A DNA stretch of 64,000 nt from the NCBI GenBank assembly GCA_964444955.1, contig CAYUJB010000002.1:972-64971 (forward strand), in the 5' to 3' direction. The notes beneath the pieces are model-generated. The model worked only from the letters and a program-made list of their open reading frames with translations, searched no databases and had not been told where the DNA came from. A program made the position numbers and the translations under genes. This DNA is from an uncultured Candidatus Saccharibacteria bacterium (GTDB taxonomy: Bacteria; Patescibacteriota; Minisyncoccia; 2-02-FULL-40-12; GWA2-44-9). Shown one piece after another: positions 8,697-18,276 of the stretch (positions within the stretch are counted from its first letter, which is position 1; each line of letters starts with the position of its first letter).

Positions 8697-8725
8697 CATC
8701 CCGACCTCACGGTCGGGATTTTCTT
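8697..8725. terminator. Bidirectional hairpin terminator between the small-protein operon and cysS
   Basis: TCCCGACC-TCAC-GGTCGGGA followed by a T-run. Confidence 0.6.
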
Positions 8726-10116
8726 TATTTCTTCTTTGCGACGGGACCGTACGGGGTGTCGTCGATAGTCCAGCCTAGTTCTAAGAGTTGGGCGCGGAGG
8801 CGATCGGAAGTTTCCCAATCTTTGCGTTCACGAGCAGATTGGCGTTCGTCGAGGAGTTGTTCCACCTCGCGCGGCATGGCGATGGTACCTTCAGGAATGA
8901 TGCCGAAGATTTCGAATATCCATTGAAAAAAAGAGGTAAGTGCGGTTACTTCCTCGTGGGTGAGTGCGCCAGTGGCAAGCGCGCTGTTACTTGTGCGAAT
9001 GAGCTCGAACACAGCACCGAATGCAGCTGCGGTATTAAAATCATCATCCATCGCAGTTTCAACCTGCGTTCGTGCTGCGGCGACCGCATCGCCCAAACCG
9101 CTGGACGCTGCTGGTGGCACCACGAGGAGCTTTGCGAGAAGTTCTGCGATGCGTTGTGTCGCCGCGTTGGCAGCTGCGAGGTTCACGTCTGAATAGTCTA
9201 GTGGTGCGCGGTAGTGCGCAGATAAGAAGAAGAAACGTAGCGTGGCAGCGCTGTATTCCTCAAGGAGAACGTGGAGTGTGGCAAAGTTACCCATGCTTTT
9301 ACCCATGCGCTCAGCCTGTACCTGCAAAAAACCCGCATGCATCCAATATTTCACGAACGGTACCAATCCCGACGCCGCCTCTTGCTGCGCTATCTCGGCT
9401 TCGTGGTGGGGAAATTTGAGATCCATACCGCCACCATGGAGGTCGTACTGGGTGCCGAAGAGGTGCTCAGTAATTGCTGTGTCTTCGATGTGCCAACCGG
9501 GACGGCCATCGCCGAGCTGGGCATCCTGCCAGACGGGTTCGCCAGATTTCGAGAGTTTCCACACGCAGAAATCGCCTCGGTTGCGTTTTTTGTCGCTGTC
9601 GTCGATGCGCGATTGTGCATCATCAGCTTGTGCGCCCGTGCGTCCTGAGAGTTTGCCGTAATCAGGGAAGGATGTGAGATCAAAATACCAACCGTCGCCT
9701 TCGATGCGGTATACGCTTCCCTTAGCAATAAGTGTTTTGACCTGTGATATGACCTGGGGGATGTAGTCGGTAGCTCGCGCATACGTTGACACCGCATCAT
9801 TACCCAAGGCTGCCATGTCGGCACGGAATGCTTCTTCGAATTCTCGGGCGAAGGCGAGTGGTTCTTTGCCTACCTGCTGCGCGCGTTGAATAATCTTATC
9901 GTCGATGTCGGTGATGTTCTGAACATAAGTCACGGTGTAGCCGCGATAGCGGAGCCAGCGTGCGACAACATCAAAGATGGTAAACGTGCGGGCATTGCCG
10001 GCGTGAATACGGTCGTAGACCGTGGGACCACACACAAACATCTGCACCTGCGCATCAGTGCGCGGGAGAAATGCTTCGACTTTTCGCGTAAGCGAGTTGT
10101 AGAGTTGCAGTGCCAT
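8725..10116 (-). CDS. cysS: Cysteinyl-tRNA synthetase
   Basis: Class I HIGH-type motif (HAGNAR) and KMGKSMGN (KMSKS). The N-terminus VCGPTVYDRIHAGNAR is typical of CysRS. Confidence 0.9.
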   Translation of the reverse strand: MALQLYNSLTRKVEAFLPRTDAQVQMFVCGPTVYDRIHAGNARTFTIFDVVARWLRYRGYTVTYVQNITDIDDKIIQRAQQVGKEPLAFAREFEEAFRADMAALGNDAVSTYARATDYIPQVISQVKTLIAKGSVYRIEGDGWYFDLTSFPDYGKLSGRTGAQADDAQSRIDDSDKKRNRGDFCVWKLSKSGEPVWQDAQLGDGRPGWHIEDTAITEHLFGTQYDLHGGGMDLKFPHHEAEIAQQEAASGLVPFVKYWMHAGFLQVQAERMGKSMGNFATLHVLLEEYSAATLRFFFLSAHYRAPLDYSDVNLAAANAATQRIAELLAKLLVVPPAASSGLGDAVAAARTQVETAMDDDFNTAAAFGAVFELIRTSNSALATGALTHEEVTALTSFFQWIFEIFGIIPEGTIAMPREVEQLLDERQSARERKDWETSDRLRAQLLELGWTIDDTPYGPVAKKK

Positions 10117-10119
10117 ACT

Positions 10120-11391
10120 CTACGAAAGTACTATGAAGAATGCCCCTGTCAACATAAAGAATAAGGCAGCGACACCAAGCGAGTGTATGAGAGCGTGACT
10201 TCTGTGCGGCCCAACGATGTGCGGATTATTTGCCATATGAACGACGAGCATGATGAAGAATGGCGCAGCAATGCCGTTGAGGATCGCCGTCCAGTAGAGT
10301 GCCTGTAATGGTGTGATGCCGATGAACGGCAACAGAATCCCGATGCAGATGGACGCGATCATGACCAAGTAGAACTGTCGCGCTCGGTTGAAGGGCTTAT
10401 CAAGCGATGCTGGCCATCCCATAAGTTCGGCGACGACATATGCAGCTGATCCGGCCAGTACCGGTATTGCGAGGAGACCCGCCGCGACAAGGCCGATTGT
10501 AAAAAGCCACACCGCATAGTGACCCGCCAGAGGTTCGAGAGCCGCCGCGGCATCACGCAGCGTTTCAATGGAGCCGTTTTCTGTTCCGTAAAGCGTAGAC
10601 GCAGTTAATGCAATGATGAAGAAGGAAATTATATTAGAAACAACCATGCCGACTTTGATGTCGCGAGTAACTTCGGCGAGCTCTCCGCGATGATGTACGA
10701 TATGAAACTTGCAGACGCGCAGATGTGGTTGTTCTTGTCGTGTCTCTTCGGCTTCCTGACTTGCTTGCCAGAAAAACATATAGGGTGAGATGGTCGTTCC
10801 AAGCATCGCAAACATGAGAATTAAGAGATCCTTATCGGGTGCAACGGTGGGAATAAGCGTGTGAATAATCACGTTGCGCCAATCGACATCCACAAGAGCC
10901 AAAGCAAAGCCATAGACAAAAAGCGACATAGCAAACCACTTGAACAATCCCGCAATTTGGGAATAGCGCAGGAATATGACCATACCGATGACGACGAGTG
11001 CAGTGATAACGGCGAGAAGACGGACGTCGATGGGCACAATCAGATTAATCGCTCCCGCCATTCCGTAGATGTTGGCCCCTACGTTGAATGTGTTTACAAA
11101 CACGATCAAGAGCGCCACGGGAACGAGCACCCATACTGAGTAGTGGCGACGAATATTACCAGCGAGTCCGCAACCAGAAAGCTTACCGATTCGTGCACAC
11201 ATACTCTGAATGGCAATCATGAACGGCAGAACATAGAGCAGAAGCCAAAGCGGCATCGCACCATAACGAGCTCCCGCAATGGAATAGGTAGCAATACCAG
11301 AGGGATCATCGCCGGACACCCCCGTCACAAGACCAGGTCCGAGTGATTTCCAGAACTGCGCGATGCGTGTTCGGAGTTTCATGCGTAGCAC
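10120..11391 (-). CDS. mntH: NRAMP-family divalent metal (Mn2+/Fe2+) transporter
   Basis: GPGLVTGVSGDDPSGIATYSIAGARYG matches the NRAMP TM1 signature (GPG...DPGN...AGA). About 11 predicted TM helices. Confidence 0.7.
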   Translation of the reverse strand: MLRMKLRTRIAQFWKSLGPGLVTGVSGDDPSGIATYSIAGARYGAMPLWLLLYVLPFMIAIQSMCARIGKLSGCGLAGNIRRHYSVWVLVPVALLIVFVNTFNVGANIYGMAGAINLIVPIDVRLLAVITALVVIGMVIFLRYSQIAGLFKWFAMSLFVYGFALALVDVDWRNVIIHTLIPTVAPDKDLLILMFAMLGTTISPYMFFWQASQEAEETRQEQPHLRVCKFHIVHHRGELAEVTRDIKVGMVVSNIISFFIIALTASTLYGTENGSIETLRDAAAALEPLAGHYAVWLFTIGLVAAGLLAIPVLAGSAAYVVAELMGWPASLDKPFNRARQFYLVMIASICIGILLPFIGITPLQALYWTAILNGIAAPFFIMLVVHMANNPHIVGPHRSHALIHSLGVAALFFMLTGAFFIVLS

Positions 11392-11435
11392 TTAGTATAC
11401 CATCGAACGAGATTCTGCGTTATACTTCTGCAACT

Positions 11436-12149
11436 ATGAACGACATCACACTTCCTCTGACATTCGCTGCCGGCATCATTTCCTTTTTGTCGCCCTGCAT
11501 CCTGCCTATCGTTCCTGGTTTTTTGGCGTATCTCGCGGGTTCATCGGTGTCATCCGTAGGTGCAACGCGTCGCGAGACCTTTTTGAACGCGCTCTTTTTT
11601 GTGGTGGGCTTTTCTCTGGTGTTCGCAGCGCTGGGTGTACTTTTGCAGACGGTATTCTCATCGGTTGCGTATGATGCACGCATTTGGTTGTCGCGCGTGG
11701 GAGGATTAATCGTTCTATTTTTCGGACTCTACCTCGCGAAGATAATTTCGGTGCCATTTCTTGATCGTGGACACGTCTTTGCGGTTGGACAATCGCCGGG
11801 ACGGAGCCGCTATGTGACCTCGTTGCTTTTTGGAGCGGCATTCGCGGCAGGATGGACGCCTTGTGTTGGTGCGGTGTTGGGGGCGATTCTCACACTGGCG
11901 GTGACACAACCGGGCGCGGCGTTTGCGCTCATGCTCACGTACTCGCTGGGACTTGGGCTACCTTTCTTGCTCGTGGGACTGTTTGCAGCGAGTGTTCAGC
12001 CGCTTATCAATCGCTACGCAGCGGTATCGCGCTCCATAACGATTGCATTCGGCGTCGTGCTCGTGCTCTTGGGCATTTTGGTGTTCACGCAGCGTCTTGA
12101 TCGTGTGGCAAATTTTGAAATTCTCAATCGTATAATGTATCGTCAATGA
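11436..12149 (+). CDS. ccdA: Cytochrome c-type biogenesis / thiol-disulfide electron transporter CcdA (DsbD TM domain)
   Basis: FLSPCILPIVPGF motif. Six TM helices. Start taken at MNDITL. Overlaps the downstream thioredoxin-like gene by 4 nt. Confidence 0.8.
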   Translation: MNDITLPLTFAAGIISFLSPCILPIVPGFLAYLAGSSVSSVGATRRETFLNALFFVVGFSLVFAALGVLLQTVFSSVAYDARIWLSRVGGLIVLFFGLYLAKIISVPFLDRGHVFAVGQSPGRSRYVTSLLFGAAFAAGWTPCVGAVLGAILTLAVTQPGAAFALMLTYSLGLGLPFLLVGLFAASVQPLINRYAAVSRSITIAFGVVLVLLGILVFTQRLDRVANFEILNRIMYRQ

Positions 12150-13228
12150 ACACTCTGACGAAATATCTTGTCACTGTGCTTAGCATTGTTGCAGTGATTT
12201 GGTTGGTTGAGCGGTTCGTGCCAGCGACGACTTCGCTCGGTGAACGGGTAGCCAGTGATATCCCTGCATCTTCTGTGCAGCCAGCTCTCGAGAAAGAAGG
12301 GAAATATCCACGCGCTCAGGAATTCGTAAAGCCGGGGGAATTCATCAATGCTGAACCTTTCACGCTCGCCTCGCTGATTGGCAAAAAAGTGATTATTGTC
12401 GATTTCTGGACATACTCGTGCATTAATTGCCAGCGCACCCAACCCTACCTCAACGCATGGTATGAGAAATACAAAGACCAAGGGTTGGAAATTGTGGGCG
12501 TACATACCCCTGAATTCGATTTTGAAAAAGTAGCTGATAATGTGCGCGCTGCAGTGAAGCGGGAGGGGATTGTGTATCCGGTGGTGCAGGACAACGAATT
12601 CGGTACGTGGCGAGCATACCAAAACCAGTATTGGCCTCACAAATACCTTATCGATACCGATGGCTATATTGTCTACGATCAAGTCGGCGAAGGTGGTTAT
12701 GAAGAATTTGAAACACACGTTCAGCGGGCGCTCGCCGAACATATGGCTCGCGCGGGTGCTGGTGGCGAGGTGGCGAGTGGAACAGTGCGACCCGGTGATA
12801 TACAAGCCGTTGATTTTAGCAAGATTAAAACACCCGAAATATACCTTGGTGTATTTCGGAATGCACAGTATCTGGGTAATGGGACACCCAGCATCACGGG
12901 CACGCAAACGCTGAGTATGCCCGCTTCAAACACGCAGAAAAAGAACCTCGTGTACCTTGGTGGAACGTGGGAATTCTCTGATCAAGCGGTTCGCTGTGTA
13001 CGTGATTGCGTAGTGCGACTCGCGTACTCCGCACGGCAGGCCAATATTGTTGCAGGTTCACCAACCTCGCAGAGCATACGCGTCCGGCTTGATGGCAAGG
13101 ACGTGCAATCCGTCACCGTTCGAGCAGATACGCTCTATCACGTGATTGACCAGAATACCTACGGTGAACACACGCTCGAGCTTACGGTGCCAACCGGGTT
13201 ATCGTTATTCACCTTTACCTTTAGTTAA
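12146..13228 (+). CDS. resA: TlpA/ResA-like thiol:disulfide oxidoreductase (thioredoxin fold, CxxC) with a C-terminal extension
   Basis: VIIVDFWTYSCINCQRTQPYLNAWYEKYKDQGLEIVGVHTPEFDFEK is classic for TlpA/ResA. N-terminal TM anchor. Confidence 0.75.
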   Translation: MNTLTKYLVTVLSIVAVIWLVERFVPATTSLGERVASDIPASSVQPALEKEGKYPRAQEFVKPGEFINAEPFTLASLIGKKVIIVDFWTYSCINCQRTQPYLNAWYEKYKDQGLEIVGVHTPEFDFEKVADNVRAAVKREGIVYPVVQDNEFGTWRAYQNQYWPHKYLIDTDGYIVYDQVGEGGYEEFETHVQRALAEHMARAGAGGEVASGTVRPGDIQAVDFSKIKTPEIYLGVFRNAQYLGNGTPSITGTQTLSMPASNTQKKNLVYLGGTWEFSDQAVRCVRDCVVRLAYSARQANIVAGSPTSQSIRVRLDGKDVQSVTVRADTLYHVIDQNTYGEHTLELTVPTGLSLFTFTFS

Positions 13229-13232
13229 AAAA

Positions 13233-13266
13233 TAAACCCCCGAGATTGCTCTCAGGGGTGGGGCGG
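13233..13266. terminator. Hairpin terminator, copy 1 of a duplicated 30-nt terminator sequence
   Basis: AAACCCCCGAGATTGCTCTCAGGGGTGGGG with an A/T run. A near-identical copy lies at 13878-13912. Confidence 0.6.
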
Positions 13267-13267
13267 T

Positions 13268-13807
13268 CTACTCGCGCTCGAAGTGAAGCTCGGGGCAAGC
13301 CACTCCATCAACGACGCGAACATTCTTGAAGTCGCGGCTCATGAGCTCAATCAGCTGATTGGTGGCAAATTCGCCACGAATGAAGAACGGAATCGGTTGT
13401 ACGAATTTGCGCTCAGTAGGTCCCGTTGCCGCGCTCACCTTCATCTTTTCCACGAATTTTATGACATTCGCTTCTTCGATGACGCGGGAATCGTCGTTCA
13501 TCACCCCACCCTTTCGACTGAGAACACTGCCGAGCAGCATGTAGAGCGCAATAGCGCTCTCTCGGCGGAGTGCTATTTCTGTTTGGTGGAAGCCATCTTG
13601 GAAGCGAACGTCGCCACTGAAGCGCGCTTTGCCTCCTTTAGTTCTGCATTTTTTCGCAAGTTCTGAATCTTCTGGATGGTTGATGTCGATTACGATATCG
13701 GATTTTACTCGACTCGCATGTTCCATAACCGCAAACAATCGACCATCAGCGAATGTAAATGCAGGCCCCTCCAAGTCGATGGGAATTCTGGTCTTCTTTT
13801 TGGACAC
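13268..13807 (-). CDS. Hypothetical protein (179 aa); the C-terminal domain is paralogous to the protein at 13915-14181
   Basis: C-terminus IPFFIRGEFATNQLIELMSRDFKNVRVVDGVACPELHFERE resembles IPFTLQGNDAAIQRAMFFLADEFSDFQVGEHCEVPELRFRRK. Confidence 0.5.
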   Translation of the reverse strand: MSKKKTRIPIDLEGPAFTFADGRLFAVMEHASRVKSDIVIDINHPEDSELAKKCRTKGGKARFSGDVRFQDGFHQTEIALRRESAIALYMLLGSVLSRKGGVMNDDSRVIEEANVIKFVEKMKVSAATGPTERKFVQPIPFFIRGEFATNQLIELMSRDFKNVRVVDGVACPELHFERE

Positions 13808-13877
13808 GCTACCTCCTTGTTAAAGAAAAACACATCATATCACGAAATCAAAAATGCGTCAAACGCTCGCTGCGATG

Positions 13878-13912
13878 AAAAAACAAACCCCCGAGATTGC
13901 TCTCGGGGGTGG
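13878..13912. terminator. Hairpin terminator, copy 2 of the duplicated terminator sequence
   Basis: AAACCCCCGAGATTGCTCTCGGGGGTGGGG. Confidence 0.6.
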
Positions 13913-13914
13913 GG

Positions 13915-14181
13915 TTACTTGCGGCGGAAGCGAAGCTCCGGCACTTCGCAGTGTTCTCCCACCTGGAAGTCTGAGAACTCATCGGCGAGAAAGAACATGG
14001 CCCTCTGTATCGCTGCATCGTTGCCTTGCAGCGTGAAGGGGATCAGATGAGTCAATTCCCCGGTCTTACCAGATGCCTGCGTGCGCACGCGCTCAACGAA
14101 CGCCGATACGTTTCTGGCGACGAAATCGCTGAGAATGGGCGATCCGGCCGAATCCGGAAACAATCGCAACTGCTGAGTCAT
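13915..14181 (-). CDS. Hypothetical small protein (88 aa), paralog of the C-terminal domain of 13268-13807
   Basis: See the paralogy above. Same 3' terminator sequence. Confidence 0.5.
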   Translation of the reverse strand: MTQQLRLFPDSAGSPILSDFVARNVSAFVERVRTQASGKTGELTHLIPFTLQGNDAAIQRAMFFLADEFSDFQVGEHCEVPELRFRRK

Positions 14182-14267
14182 GACGCCTCCTTTTTGAAAA
14201 GTGCGTTATATTAATCATATCATGAAACTGATATAAAGTCAATCATACATAAAGCACCTGTGGACAA

Positions 14268-14294
14268 TTGGCACTCTTGACTCGCGAGTGCCAA
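14268..14294 (+). promoter_or_regulatory. CIRCE operator (TTGGCACTC-N9-GAGTGCCAA) overlapping the hrcA promoter (-35 TTGACT at 14277-14282, -10 TAGACT at 14301-14306)
   Basis: Perfect 9-bp inverted repeat with a 9-nt spacer. This is a variant of the CIRCE consensus TTAGCACTC-N9-GAGTGCTAA. It sits immediately upstream of hrcA-grpE-dnaK. Confidence 0.85.
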
Positions 14295-14315
14295 TTTTGC
14301 TAGACTGGCAGTGTC

Positions 14316-15077
14316 ATGACATTAGTGCTAACACCTCGACAATACGCGCTCCTGTGGCAGGTCATCGATCAGTATATCGAGACGGGAGAGCCAGTTTCAT
14401 CTAAGGCACTCGCCACCAGTGGCGCTTTTGAAGTGCGCTCGGCTACCATCCGCAATGAGTTAGCCGAGATGGAGCACGGTGGCTACCTGGAACAACTCCA
14501 CACGTCGGGTGGGCGTGTGCCCACAGCGAGGGCGTATCGTGCATACGTGAATGGGCTACTCGCCTCCGAGGGCGTGGCGATCGGGACTGCGGCTCGCCGT
14601 CGCATCGATGAGGCGCTCAACGAGATCGATACTGGCGACGCCGATGCTGTCAATCGCACCCTCGCTAAAGTCATCGGCAGCATCTCTCAGAATTTAGTAC
14701 TCGCCAACATGCGCTCGCGCCCGCAACCGCATACCGTCGGGCTCTCGGCGATGATTTTGTTTCCAGAATTTCAAGATGCGCAACGTTTTGCGGGGTTGGC
14801 GCAGTTCATTGATGAGTTCGAGGGTATCTTTGAGCATCTGCACCGCCAGCTGTGGGCGCGAGATGATGGCGAAGTGCAGGTTCGTATCGGTGCAGAGAAT
14901 CCCACACAGTACATACGCGATGAGACTATGATAGTCTCTCGCTACCGACTCCCGGGTGGCCACGAGGGTACACTGACACTGATCGGCCCAATGCGAATGG
15001 ATTACAGAAAGAATCTTGGCCTCATCACCTACGCCGCACAGATTGCCAATCGTATCGCAGATAACTATCACAAATAA
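14316..15077 (+). CDS. hrcA: Heat-inducible transcription repressor HrcA (short form, 253 aa)
   Basis: Winged-helix N-terminus (PVSSKALATSGAFEVRSATIRNELAEMEHGGYLEQLHTSGGRVPT) typical of HrcA. CIRCE lies upstream. Confidence 0.8.
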   Translation: MTLVLTPRQYALLWQVIDQYIETGEPVSSKALATSGAFEVRSATIRNELAEMEHGGYLEQLHTSGGRVPTARAYRAYVNGLLASEGVAIGTAARRRIDEALNEIDTGDADAVNRTLAKVIGSISQNLVLANMRSRPQPHTVGLSAMILFPEFQDAQRFAGLAQFIDEFEGIFEHLHRQLWARDDGEVQVRIGAENPTQYIRDETMIVSRYRLPGGHEGTLTLIGPMRMDYRKNLGLITYAAQIANRIADNYHK

Positions 15078-15079
15078 CC

Positions 15080-15541
15080 ATGGATGAACCAACACCACCA
15101 GCGCCCGTAGAAACTCCCCAGCCCGAGATGGTAGAGAAAGAAAAGTACATGCGGTTAGCAGCAGACTTTGAAAACTTCCGCCGACAGCAATTGCAAGCAG
15201 CCAGCGACATGGTGAAGTTTGCAAGCCAATCAGTTATCGCTGAGATGCTTGAGCTTGCGGATATGGTAGAAGCGGCTGTAGCTCATGCGCCTCCAGAAGT
15301 GCAATCCCAGGCAGCATGGTTTGCGGGTCTCCAGCACGTGGGGAAGCGATTCGGTGACGATATGAAGAAATACGGAGTTGAGCGGATTCAGACGGTGGGC
15401 ACACCATTTGATCCAGTGACGATGGAAGCAGTGAGTACCACGCCGGGAGGCACGAGCCACGAGGTGCAGTCAGAAGTTCAATCGGGATATCGAATGCATG
15501 AGCGAGTCATCCGTCCGGCACGAGTCATTTTGTACGAATAA
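15080..15541 (+). CDS. grpE: Nucleotide exchange factor GrpE
   Basis: [14 protein letters not shown] and a C-terminal beta domain. Sits in the dnaK operon. Confidence 0.85.
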   Translation: MDEPTPPAPVETPQPEMVEKEKYMRLAADFENFRRQQLQAASDMVKFASQSVIAEMLELADMVEAAVAHAPPEVQSQAAWFAGLQHVGKRFGDDMKKYGVERIQTVGTPFDPVTMEAVSTTPGGTSHEVQSEVQSGYRMHERVIRPARVILYE

Positions 15542-15561
15542 GTAATAATTATTACAACCCT

Positions 15562-17445
15562 ATGAGCAACATACTTGGTATCGACTTAGGAACAACGAAT
15601 TCAGCAATGGCAGTGGTTGAAGGCGGCCAGCCGCGCATTCTCGAGAACGTCGAGGGTATTCGCACGACGCCGTCGGTGATTGCCGTGGGTAAAACAGGCG
15701 ATCGCTACGTCGGTGTCACTGCAAAGCGTCAGGCAGTTACGAACCCAACCAACACCCTCTACTCGGTGAAACGTCTGATTGGTCGTCGCTGGCAGGATGC
15801 AGAAGTGCAGCGTGACCTCAAGCTCTTGCCGTACGAAATCCGCAAAGGAGCAGGGGATTCAGTCGAGGTAAAGATGGGAGATAAGTGGTACAAGCCCGCG
15901 GAAATCTCCGCAATGGTGTTGGCCAAGCTCAAAGCAGATGCAGAGGCGAAGCTCGGCAAGAAGATCACCGAAGCCATCATCACAGTACCGGCGTACTTCG
16001 ATGACTCCCAACGCCAAGCCACCAAAGATGCTGGTGAGATTGCCGGATTGTCGGTGAAGCGCGTGATCAATGAGCCCACCGCGGCCGCACTCGCCTATGG
16101 CTTCAACAAGAAAAAGGACGAAAAGATTGTTGTCTATGACTTTGGTGGTGGAACATTTGATATCTCGGTGCTCGAGGTGTCAGCGGATACCATTGAGGTA
16201 AAAGCGACCGGTGGCGACACGCATTTGGGTGGTGACGACATCGACCAGCACATTATCGATTTCTTGGTCACTGAATTTAAGAAGTCGCAGGGTGTTGATA
16301 TTTCCAAAGACACACTCGCGCTGCAGCGATTGAAAGATGCAGCTGAAAAGGCAAAGCACGAGCTCTCGACGACAACTCAGACTGAAATCAACATCCCGTT
16401 CCTTACCGCAGATGCATCGGGTCCCAAGCACTTCGGGATGACATTTACCCGAGCGCAGCTGGAGGCGCTCACCAAAGAACTTATTGATCGCTCGATCGAG
16501 CTCACCAAGAAGGCCGTCTCGGATGCAGGACTGCAGTTTTCCGACATCAACGAAGTCGTGATGGTCGGTGGTCAGACGCGCATGCCGGCGATCATTGAGG
16601 CGGTCAAAGCGTTGTTCGGCAAAGAGCCACACCGCGATATCAACCCCGATGAAGTTGTTGCTCTGGGGGCCGCACTCCAAGGCGCCATCATGCAGGGTGA
16701 TGTGCACGACGTGTTGCTCTTGGATGTGACGCCACTCTCACTCTCTATCGAGACGATGGGCAATGTCGCCACGCCGATGATTGAGAAAAACACCACGGTG
16801 CCGACTAGCAAGACGCAGACGTTCAGTACCGCAGCCGACAACCAACCATCGGTGACGATTCGTATCGCACAAGGTGAGCGACCCATGTTCCCCGACAACA
16901 AGCTCTTGGGCGAGTTCAATCTCGACGGTATTCCGCCAGCTCCTCGAGGCATTCCCCAGATTGAGGTGAGCTTTGATATCGATGCTAATGGCATCTTGCA
17001 TGTGAAAGCGAAAGATAAGGGCACGAGCAAAGAACACTCCATTCGTATCGAGGGCTCGTCCGGTCTCACCAAGGAAGAAAAAGAGCGCATGATTCGCGAA
17101 GCAGCCGATCACGCTGCCGAAGATGCGAAGAAGAAAGAATCTGCAGAAGTCCGCAACAGCGCCGAGACGCTGGTCTGGACGACAGAAAAAATGATTGCCG
17201 ACAACAAGGGCAAACTCAAAGACGAGGATGTTAAAGATCTCGAGGCAAAGATTGCCGAAGTTAAAACCGCTGTGCAGTCTGGCGATCAGGACAAAATGAA
17301 GTCGACCTCGGAAGCGTTGGGTAAAGCAGCGCAGACCGTGGGCGCTGCGATGTACAAAGCACAGGAAGCCGCCGGCGCGCCAGCTGAGGGACAGCCAGCA
17401 GCGCAGGAGGCCACCGAAGCAAAGCCAGAGGAAAAGAAAGAGTAG
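15562..17445 (+). CDS. dnaK: Chaperone DnaK (Hsp70)
   Basis: Full-length Hsp70 with [18 protein letters not shown] and the DVTPLSLGIET-type region. Confidence 0.95.
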   Translation: MSNILGIDLGTTNSAMAVVEGGQPRILENVEGIRTTPSVIAVGKTGDRYVGVTAKRQAVTNPTNTLYSVKRLIGRRWQDAEVQRDLKLLPYEIRKGAGDSVEVKMGDKWYKPAEISAMVLAKLKADAEAKLGKKITEAIITVPAYFDDSQRQATKDAGEIAGLSVKRVINEPTAAALAYGFNKKKDEKIVVYDFGGGTFDISVLEVSADTIEVKATGGDTHLGGDDIDQHIIDFLVTEFKKSQGVDISKDTLALQRLKDAAEKAKHELSTTTQTEINIPFLTADASGPKHFGMTFTRAQLEALTKELIDRSIELTKKAVSDAGLQFSDINEVVMVGGQTRMPAIIEAVKALFGKEPHRDINPDEVVALGAALQGAIMQGDVHDVLLLDVTPLSLSIETMGNVATPMIEKNTTVPTSKTQTFSTAADNQPSVTIRIAQGERPMFPDNKLLGEFNLDGIPPAPRGIPQIEVSFDIDANGILHVKAKDKGTSKEHSIRIEGSSGLTKEEKERMIREAADHAAEDAKKKESAEVRNSAETLVWTTEKMIADNKGKLKDEDVKDLEAKIAEVKTAVQSGDQDKMKSTSEALGKAAQTVGAAMYKAQEAAGAPAEGQPAAQEATEAKPEEKKE

Positions 17446-17448
17446 TCT

Positions 17449-18270
17449 GTGTGGTACACTGTACTCATGCAAAGCGCATCGATAAAGCGAATCGTAATCA
17501 TCTGTGCCGTGGCTCTCACGGCGACGCTGGTGTGGGCTACCGCAAAGCCGTGGCTTGAGAATCCACTTCGATTTTCGGGATACGCAATTCTTTTGTGGCC
17601 ATCGCTCGCGTTGGTGTTGGCATCGGCAGTCGCGGGGTTAGCGTGGATGATGCTCGATAGTAAGACGGATCGCTTCGCAGCAATACTTGCGTCGTGGGCT
17701 TCGTTTGTTATCTTCTGGAGTCCCGACATCTGGTATGTCTCGATGCTGCCCCTGTTTGCTCTGTTGTGGCATCTATCGGCAACGCGTATTCGCGATGATC
17801 TGAGTGATCGCCACACCATTCGCATTCGCACCTCGCTGGGCGCGGGGCTGACACCGCTCATGCTGGGGACATTTCTGATGCTCTCGCTCGGATTCTACCT
17901 CTTGCCGGCGTACCACAACGTGGGAGCATCTGAAGTGAGTGTCGGTTTGCAAGGACAGCTCACCGACGCGTACGACAACCCGCTCGTGGTGGCGCAGCTC
18001 AATCAGCTGCCGCCTTCGATGCGTGCGCAGGTGAAAGCCGATCTGAGCAAGAATGTCGATGCGTACGTGAAGCGCTTCCTGGGCCCCTTGGACGCCTATG
18101 TGCCACCACTGTTGGCATTCGCACTGTTTCTGGTACTCTGGTCTGTCCTCTTTATCTATCGTGAGCTGGCCATTTGGTTTGGACTCCTTCTGTTCCGAGG
18201 GCTGGTCGCAAGTGGATTCGTGCGCATCGTTGAAAAAGACGTCAAAGCCGAGACCCTCTCACTCGTGTAA
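17449..18270 (+). CDS. Hypothetical polytopic membrane protein inserted between dnaK and dnaJ
   Basis: Six or more hydrophobic helices. No recognisable motif. Starts 4 nt after the dnaK stop. Confidence 0.5.
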   Translation: MWYTVLMQSASIKRIVIICAVALTATLVWATAKPWLENPLRFSGYAILLWPSLALVLASAVAGLAWMMLDSKTDRFAAILASWASFVIFWSPDIWYVSMLPLFALLWHLSATRIRDDLSDRHTIRIRTSLGAGLTPLMLGTFLMLSLGFYLLPAYHNVGASEVSVGLQGQLTDAYDNPLVVAQLNQLPPSMRAQVKADLSKNVDAYVKRFLGPLDAYVPPLLAFALFLVLWSVLFIYRELAIWFGLLLFRGLVASGFVRIVEKDVKAETLSLV

Positions 18271-18276
18271 GCAATT

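Noticed and set aside
9072-9824. Plus- and minus-strand ORFs (115-144 aa) inside cysS
   Set aside because: They overlap a well-supported class I aaRS gene. The translations are Arg/Cys/Trp-rich, typical of off-frame reads of GC-rich coding sequence.
12143-12907. 254-aa minus-strand ORF opposite the resA-like gene
   Set aside because: It is antisense to a thioredoxin-fold gene with a clear CxxC motif. It has no RBS, and its composition is unlike that of this genome's proteins.
16180-17472. Three overlapping minus-strand ORFs (175, 172 and 244 aa) inside dnaK
   Set aside because: They are antisense to canonical DnaK and show no protein-like composition or motifs.
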